From the NCBI GenBank assembly GCA_037447605.1, contig CM074811.1, positions 1,798,001-1,862,000 of the forward strand: a stretch of DNA of 64,000 nucleotides, in the 5' to 3' direction. The notes beneath the pieces were generated by a model. It saw nothing but the letters and a program-made list of their open reading frames with translations, had not been told where the DNA came from and did no database searches. The translations under genes and the position numbers were made by a program. Positions 48,816 to 64,000 of this stretch are shown in pieces (the first letter of the stretch is position 1; every line of letters begins with the position of its first letter). This DNA is from Zygnema circumcarinatum SAG 698-1b (Eukaryota > Plantae > Zygnematophyceae).

Positions 48816-51800
48816 GCACTTTTTTTTTTCTCTATTAAAATGCTGGTGACCTCGCCTATGCCTACATTTGTCACTTTTGCATAACCATCCTATGGCAAGC
48901 GGCGTTTCAGTTGAGGGGAATGCAGTCGCTGTCTATTTCGATGTTTTGTGTCTGAAAAAGATTATTACAAGGGACATTGATGAGTCGTCGCTTCGTTGCT
49001 TCGCTATTGCAGAAAACTATGTCGAGTCTACAGTATTGTATCTGTTATGGCTGACATCCAACATTTCTCATTTGGCAGGTGCATGTAAGCCTTGCGGGCC
49101 CAAACCGCGTGAGGATATCGTGGGTAACTCAGGACGAGTCAGCTCCCTCCCTTGTGGAGTATGGGACTGCGCCAGATAGCTATGACAGGGAAGCTGTTGG
49201 AGAGAGCTTCTCGTATCGCTATCTGACGTACAGGTTAGCTGCAGCAGCTGATGGGGGAGGGAGAGGGAGTCTCTTTTTGTTTTTGGTGTTGGTAGAAGTG
49301 GGTGGATATACTCGTCAACTTTCGACTAATTACAGACGACACTTTTCTCACGTCTTGTAACTGTGTTTCTAAGGGCTTTCCTGACTTCGTTCCAATTCAT
49401 TTTGGTCGGTTGATATCATTATCTGCTTTGAGTCCATTAGATTCGAAGTATATTAGAAATGCCGATCATACGTCCGATCCCAGGATATCTAGGCACCAAA
49501 GACAAGGCCTGAATGGGTAGTCCTTTGATTATGCATTTTATTTATCTGACTGTATAGACAACTGGTTTAGGTTAACCGTTAAACCCTTTTCCTGCCTATT
49601 GCATTGGCTACTTTCATAAAGCATAATGACTTCCTATTTTATGGGACTGTCCATGTCTTCCCTTGGTTTTACTGTGAGCTAACCTTGCATCATCCAATAA
49701 TTTAAGAGTGATGAAGTTAGGAGTTGAATGACACAGCAAAGTTCACCGGTTAGTGAATATGCTTATTCCATCGTGATTGCGGAGTGTGAGTACATCATTA
49801 CTGTAGTGTATGCCGTCTGTATCAAAAACGGTACGAAAATGCTGTCCCTTGGAAGTCAACGTCCTGTCATTGTCAGGAAAATGAAGAGTCTGACAGCTTA
49901 GTATGTCGTCTGGAACTTTCATTACATCTACCATCACACACCATGACTTAAGTGCCCCTGTCGCCGTTGTGGGTCTTGCTGTGGAAACAGTTCTGGACAA
50001 ATTCATCATGCCGTGTTGGGGAGTGATACTCCACTGGGAAACGACACGGTTTACTACTACCGCTGTGGAGGAACGGGGCCACAATTTTCATTCAAGACTC
50101 CGCCAGCTCTTGGTCCCGACACTCCCATCAAAATCCACCTTGTTGGTATGCAAAGGAAACCACCCTTTGAACACCATAAGCGTTTATTACTGGAAGGCCA
50201 GTCGGAAACAGACCGACACCTGAAACCTGAAAGAACATGAAAGCCGTGTGGGGCTGTGAATCAAGTGTACGCATTCACTCTCACAAGTTAAATTGACGAA
50301 ACCGCAGTCCTCTCCTCAGACTGAGAGTACAGTATTCTGGGAGTTGCAGGCGACCTGGGCCAAACAGGGTGGTCTGTTTCTACTCTGGAACATATGAAGC
50401 AGAGGGAGCACGACCTTGTCATTCTTGCTGGTGACCTTTCATATGCTGACAGGTTAGTCCTTGTAGTGTTCGCTTCCACCCATTGAAGCCATGTCCTATT
50501 GCTCCCTGCCCTTCTCCTAGCGCAGGTTTTGACCGCAGGATGAGAGCTCATGTGCAGGTATCAACCAAGATGGGACACATGGGGGCGTCTGATTGAGCCT
50601 CTAGCAAGCACACGGCCATGGATGGTGGTGGAGGGCAACCATGAGATAGAGAGCGTGTGGGGCTTGGAACCCCCCTTCTTGGCCTACAATACTAGGTGGC
50701 CTATGCCGCACGACGAGAGCGGCTCTTCGTCCAACTTGTTCTACTCCTTTGAGACAGCCAATGCACACTTCATCATGCTTGGCTCTTATGCAGACTACTC
50801 GCCGGGATCGGAGCAGTATAAGTGGCTACAAGTAAGTAGTGAGCTGGACGGAAAGAATGCGTTAAGCATTTGAATGCAATTGGTGGCCCTTTATACGACA
50901 CGTGATTGCTCCTGATTAGTTAAGAAATATGAAGTGGACGATAGGCACTGAAGCACAGTCATATCATCATCAGGAGAATGGAAAATGTCCTTTAAGTGTC
51001 AAAGGGCTTAAAGATTTCTTTTGAGCATAAGGGTTCCGTCTATGGGTGAGGGTCTGCAGACTGACTTAGCGAAGGTGGACCGCAAGCGCACTCCCTGGCT
51101 GATAGCAGTCCAGCATGCTCCGTGGTACAATAGCAACTCTGCACATCAGCATGAAGCCGACGGCATGATGGGAGCGATGGAAGACCTTCTGTATGCAGCG
51201 AAAGTGGACTTCTTATTTTCTGGCCACGTGCATGCATACGAGAGATCGGTGAGCCGCACGCCTTTCATATTTGGAGAAGTATGTATGTAGGCGTTGGTGC
51301 TGGGTCTTCGTCTCAATGCAAAAACGAGAGCTGTTTCCACTAGTTCACCAATCGAAATGACTGAGATAGTGAATTTCTGACCTGAAAGGCAAGAACTCAT
51401 CGTCCTTGTCATCTGTGAAAAGAGGCATCTTTCTTTTCTTCTTCTGGCGAGCTTACACTTAACGCTGTTTGCAGTCGAGAGCATATAAAGGAGCGAGCAA
51501 TCCGTGTGGTATAGTGCACATCACCATTGGCGACGGGGGCAACCGGGAAGGGCTGGCATCGAGGTGAGCACTACTAACAAGCAGCATGCAAGCACGAAAA
51601 TGGTTCGGTGGCGTAGCTTCTACTGCTGAAAGATGCTTGAGCACAGTCTTCTCAATTCCCACATCGCATGATCATTCATTCTCAAGGGGAGCTTTGCTGT
51701 GCTTTAGCGGCCAAGAGGTGCTAAACTCCCTTGGGAGCTTCCGAACGAAGCCTGGGGTTGTTTTTTGGGGGATCGCTGTTTCCTTCAATTCTTAAATGCC

Positions 51801-52041
51801 ATGGGCCTCCCATGGGCCCCCCAGGTACATTGATCCGAAGCCGGAGTGGTCCGTGATGCGAGAAGCGAGTTTTGGACATGGCGAGCTGGAGCTTCTGAAT
51901 GGCACCACAGCCATGTGGTCATGGCACCGCAATCAGGACGACGTGGCAGTCGTCGCGGACGAGACCTGGGTGCAGTCGCTGGGAGATCCCAACCACGTCT
52001 GTTCCAGACCAGACGAGTCTGCCCAGCCGCTTGTGGATTGA
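47804..52041 (+). CDS. Purple acid phosphatase (plant secreted PAP, FN3 plus metallophosphoesterase), 8 exons, 481 aa
   Basis: Exons 47804-48067, 49079-49233, 49991-50145, 50350-50452, 50558-50831, 51060-51248, 51475-51563, 51825-52041 (1446 nt). Ligand motifs GDLG, GDLSY, GNHE, VQHAPWY, GHVHAYER; DGGNREGLA; hydrophobic signal segment. Confidence 0.93.
48754..48811. repeat. (CT)n dinucleotide microsatellite in PAP intron 1
   Basis: About 29 uninterrupted units. Confidence 0.95.
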
Positions 52042-53791
52042 GGTAATTCAGTTATGTACATTACACATTTTCAAATTCTTAAATTACGGGTTGTAATATT
52101 ACTTCTGCTGGGAAATCCTTTGTGTCCGGACTCTCCACGTCTTGTGGGAGTGGCCATGGCATGCGGCATGTAGTGTATATGGGCGAGAGGCCATGGCATG
52201 CTGGTTTGTGAAGGGAATTGTTTGGAAGGGATAACGCCTCGAACAAACGCCAACGCTAACGCCGCTCCATGAATCGTCTCGACGCGCCTCTAAGTTGACT
52301 ACCCAGATAGGATGGTCATGCTTTTTCTGACTAGTTACTGCTCGGAGAGGCCTCAGGTTTAGCTAGAGACACATCGCACTATTTAGATATGAAAGGGCGT
52401 TTGAAAGACATGATCTGCACCTACAAATCAATGTGAGATGTGTACCCAAGAAGCCCTCCCTCGGGATATGCGGCCAAGTACCCTTGCACGCATGCACACT
52501 CGCAAGACCTCGTTTGAGTTCAGCGGTAGCGCGCCATGCCGCTCTGCGACATTCAGTTCGGGGAGTAATCGAACTGTGCCATGCGTTCAGGGGTTCCGTC
52601 GAAACAGGAATTTACGATTTAGAGTCGGCGTATGTGTACGGGGTGAGTCTTTTGGTGGTGAAAAGCCCTTAACTCTGTGCCTTCGACCACTGCTATTTTA
52701 TCGAATATTTATGATAGGGAGAAGTTTAAAGAGCGCTATGAAATCCTTAATAGACAGGCTTCAGATGTGAGGAATAAAAAATTGAACTTTTAACACTCCG
52801 AAGGGGGAGCATTTCCGAGGGCAAAAAACTTCCTCCGGCTAAGACAGAAAACGTGTGTGCACAAAGTTTAGGCTGTAGGAGCATCGAAGCCAGCCCACAT
52901 GAAGAGACTCAACAGGCCAACTTCCTCGGTAGGAAGTGTCGCCGCAAGTGCTGCTAGCTGAAGAAATTTATTTTTGACAAAAAAGCAAGTTTAAACTCAC
53001 GCTCACCACAGGGCGAGAAAGAACTTTCAACCGCACTACAATAGAGACAAACTGTCGCTGCATTCCAATGTTCAGTGGTGCCCTCAATCACCTCCTCCAA
53101 CCAGATCAACCCTCGAGTCACTACAGGCACACTCCTATTCACACACCCTGCTCACACCCTGCCAGGCCCTTCCTGCTCACTGGGAATACCTTCGGCAAAC
53201 GTTTCGTGAAGTCATCTTGTGAAGCATTAACTCATTTCGTTCTTTCCCTGCAAATCTCCATCCCACATCCGATGAGCTTTTCTCTCTTCTCAAATCTGCT
53301 TTATTTCTCATTTTTCATGACCATCATCATGTTGGCGCTCTCACCATTAGGGGGTGTCAAAATTATTATCTTTTCATCCCCCGAAAGTGAAAACATTCAT
53401 AAGCTGGATATGGAAACAGGTTTGTGACGAAGAAACAGATAAACCAATCAATACGGATTCTGATCTCATTTCTGTTTACGGGAGGTTCTTTTCCCGTAAA
53501 GATTTATTTTGAATATTGACAACCCCAGTTGTAATGATCAAGATCGGGGGAATGGCTGCGCAGCCCAAGCTCATGCATGCACTTCATAAGAAAACTTTGC
53601 ACAAAAACCCAAGTCCCCACTTTGACCAACTACAGGAGCAAAACAAGGAGGTCAGCACAAGTCACTGCAGGAGCGATCCCAACTTTCAGACGATCGACGA
53701 GCACAAAATTCTGGTTTCAATTAAGACAAGTGCACCTGATTGACTGGCTTCAGCGTGGATTGAACCCACGTGGTATCTCAAATACAGCGCC

Positions 53792-61135
<7,344 letters not shown>

Positions 61136-61494
61136 GCTGCACACCTCTCTGTCTCCGCTCTCTTCCTCTTTCTTTCTTCCTCCTTCCTCCTCCCTCCTCT
61201 CTGCCACACGAAAGTAGTGAGAACTTGAGGCCTTCCAAGAATGGTCGCCCCAACTTCCGACCGAGGCGGGCAGTTGCAGGCGAGCGAGAGGTGGCGTACT
61301 GGAAAGAGCAGTTCCATGTGGTCACTCAACCGTTATAGCGTTTAACGGTCACAGACAGCGTTCCAAGCATGTTCCCTGTCACACTATTCCGTTAACGTTC
61401 TTGAGTTATGTTGGAACGGAACTGGAGTTTGGTTCTGTGTTGGAAGTGAGGGAGGAGGAGAGATGTGGGAGGGGGGGAAGGAGGAGGAGCGGCC
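61136..61494. promoter_or_regulatory. Compact (~360 bp ATG-to-ATG) divergent promoter region between NSF and the small ORF
   Basis: Head-to-head ATGs at 61135 (-) and 61495 (+), each preceded by a GA-rich leader like other genes in the window. Confidence 0.55.
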
Positions 61495-62600
61495 ATGGCG
61501 AGTGCGAAGTGGATGTGGGTGGGGCTCTCCGCCGCAGCAGGGTGAGGGCTGGCTACACCCTGACAGGAAGAAGTTATAAGCTTTTCCACAGAGATTCTCT
61601 AAAATGAGCGGTCGCAGGCGGTCTGAGAGTACATGTTGTTCCAAGAATGGAGCAGCCACATCAAGCCTGCATTCTGACACATGTTCATGTACGCATGATT
61701 TCGCGGTAAATGAAATCTATGTATCTTTGACTGCGAAGGTATGAGAGTGGCCAAAGGAAGCAAATTCGAAACACTTGTAACGCTCCGACACGCTTGCCAC
61801 TGGTTCTTCCCGCCCTACAGACAAAAAATGTTGGTTTCCGGCTACAACTTCAGCGTGTCTTCAACCGTGTCTGTCTGTCTGAAGCGTGTCTTCATCTCAA
61901 GGAAAGGAACTTGCAAGTTTTTGTTCCTACATTGTTTGCAGACATCAGGATACGGAGAATATTTTTTTTGTGCTAGCAAGAAACATCCACATCTGTACAT
62001 CAGTTGCTGCTACTGACAAACCAACAGCGAATCAAAAAGATACTTCGCCAATCTTTTGCATGGCTGTGCGTGAGTACATTTTTCATTTTTTGTATAAATG
62101 TTGCCGCCATTCTCATGTCAACGTCAACATACAGCGTGTCCAAAGAAGTTCAGAATTGCTAACCATGGCAACACAAAGCGCTTCTGTTCATGTTTAAGCC
62201 ATTGCTTAGCGTTGAAGGCAAGTAGAGAGTGCACTCCACGAAAGCGCTTCATTCTTAGCGCCATTTTGATTCAGTGACATCGTACCCCAGAATGTTTACA
62301 TAAGGTCCGACATTTTTACATTCCCAGGTCCTCCGTGCACCTATTGGAGTCAAAATGGTCTCTTATAAGGGCTTTTTCCCCGTATCCCGCTCACGACAGT
62401 TGTCCTGGTTTTGATTGTGCTCCTGCAGTTTGCTGGTGCTGACTTTGACAACTAGTGATATCCATCGTTCAATAAAGAATAACGAACAGCCCCCCTCAGC
62501 GGAACAGGTGGCTGCTCTTGAAGCTTACTTGGATGACTTGAAACGATCGCGTCTTGAGAGTACATTGGATACCTTTGGTGAAAAGCGTCCACGCCGCTAG
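61495..62600 (+). CDS. Putative 72-aa single-TM small protein, 2 exons
   Basis: Exons 61495-61541 and 62429-62600 (GG|gtgagg...ctgcag|T) give MASAKWMWVGLSAAAGLLVLTLTTSDIHRSIKNNEQPPSAEQVAALEAYLDDLKRSRLESTLDTFGEKRPRR*; ggccATGG context; no family recognised. Confidence 0.6.
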
Positions 62601-62904
62601 CTGTAAGAAGCCCGACGTTTTCCAATCTATGGTTGCGATACACTACAACTAGATTGGCATGGATTGATTGTCAAAGCTTGAGCTTTTGGTTTGGCGAGAT
62701 TTATATTGCAGTTTTATGATGAGAGAGGATCAATTATCATCAGCATGTGCCACGGGCTTAAATGGCTTGAGGAAGATAGAATGGTTCGCAAGTGATTGTA
62801 AAGCAGGTCTATAATAGAGAACCCTGTAAGTGTGGCTTGGTCATATCGTGTTTAACATTCACTCTGCTAATATCCAACAGGGTTTTTTTCTAATGAATTT
62901 GCAG

Positions 62905-64000
62905 ATGGCTGGAGTGAAAGAAACGATTTCACGACAGAAGCAAGCTTCAGAGGATCGCGAAAGTCGAATGGAAATTATCGGGCTTGTTTCTGATACCCAT
63001 GGAGTGTTGGATGAGTTAGCCCTTGCCCTTCTTCAGGAAGCAACAAGTCTTATTATCCACGCTGGTATTTGCATACAAACGGCTATTGCTTGGACATTCC
63101 TACAGCTGCTTTTGTTAAAACTTAATGTACCAGTTATATTGGCACTCTTCCCTGGCTGTTTCCGCCTAATCGATGTTCACATTGGATTCATGCTTGTGTG
63201 ATAGGAGATGTGGGTGATAGCAAGTATAAGAGCCGTCTCGCCGCATCTGAACTCCTTCAGAGGCTGCGGGATGCAACTGGCAAAGCGGTGGTGGCTGTGC
63301 GGGGCAACGTGGACGAGGCCTGTGATGAAGGGTACGACTGTGGACCTCCCTTACTTTGCTCATGCTCAGGCAATGGCTTTTGAGGTGGGGCTCAAGTTAG
63401 TTTCCTTACTGACGCCACATGGCACTCGAGCCACGAGTGAGTGACTGGTCTTGGGAGTCACTGCTGGTTCTCATTCTTGCTGGGTTTTTGCTTGCATGGT
63501 TAAAAAAGGCCGGTTTTTGCGTAGAGTTGCTTCCATGCTAGGTATGATCCTTGCCTGATTTGCGAGTCATGTCCTTGTGCATTGTCTCAGATCCTTCGTG
63601 GGGAGAAGGATGAACTGTTGCACACAAAATAGATGCCACCAAACATGTTAGCAGATATATTTTTGCTTGCGAAGCATCCGCTGAAAAACGTGTTATGGTG
63701 TCTGGACCTTACGCAGGCTTTTGAATCTCCCGGAGACGCAGTTGTTTACGGTGGCAGGGAAGAATGTGCTCGTTCTGTGAGTGCCTCCTTGCTAGATTTT
63801 GTCAGCAGCTGCTGCGAACTTTTTAAAGGTCCAATTCTCGCTTCTTAAATTGCTCAGCTGTGAACTGAGCTTGCATTCATGCATCATGGATGTGCAGACA
63901 CATTTGTGGATTCCCGACCAATCAGGTGTTAGAAGCGAGGCAGTTGGTGGAGGCCCTGAATCCTGATGTGGTTGTGTTTGGCCATTCGCATGTTCCGAAT
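62905..64000 (+). CDS. YfcE/MJ0936-like metallophosphoesterase (calcineurin-like fold), runs off window end
   Basis: Exons 62905-63064, 63205-63331, 63717-63776, 63898-64000+. Motifs IGLVSDTHG, IIHAGDVG, AVRGNVD, VLVLHICGFP, VVVFGHSHVP. Confidence 0.85.

Overview
Eukaryotic, intron-rich nuclear DNA of streptophyte type. Plant-like orthologues, GCCATGG starts and a U12 intron suggest a charophyte alga or early-diverging land plant (inference). Hand-spliced genes: CCT6 chaperonin (+, 15 exons, 534 aa); two intact tandem ZIF/TCR-like MFS transporters (+, 10 exons each, 559 and 561 aa); the 3' part of a Pro/Ala-rich single-pass membrane protein; DENR (-); a purple acid phosphatase (+); NSF (-, first intron U12-type AT-AC). 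The right edge holds a 72-aa ORF that appears spliced to within 2 nt of a YfcE-like metallophosphoesterase ATG, a candidate bicistronic locus. There are two transposon nests. (1) At 6.4-10.1 kb a 38-bp minisatellite is interrupted by a TIR element containing a TA-MITE and two tandem foldback-like elements (8-bp TSD, palindromic modules), each carrying a 145-bp solo LTR. (2) At 18.3-30.2 kb a long-TIR Mutator-like shell is filled with two related chromovirus-type Ty3/gypsy fragments and Ty1/copia fragments. One gypsy has an extra, possibly adenine-methyltransferase-like domain. Nest 2 contains several 10-N gaps, so fragment order there is uncertain. No CRISPR array, rRNA or intact tRNA gene was found. 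All family assignments are by motif recognition, not database search.
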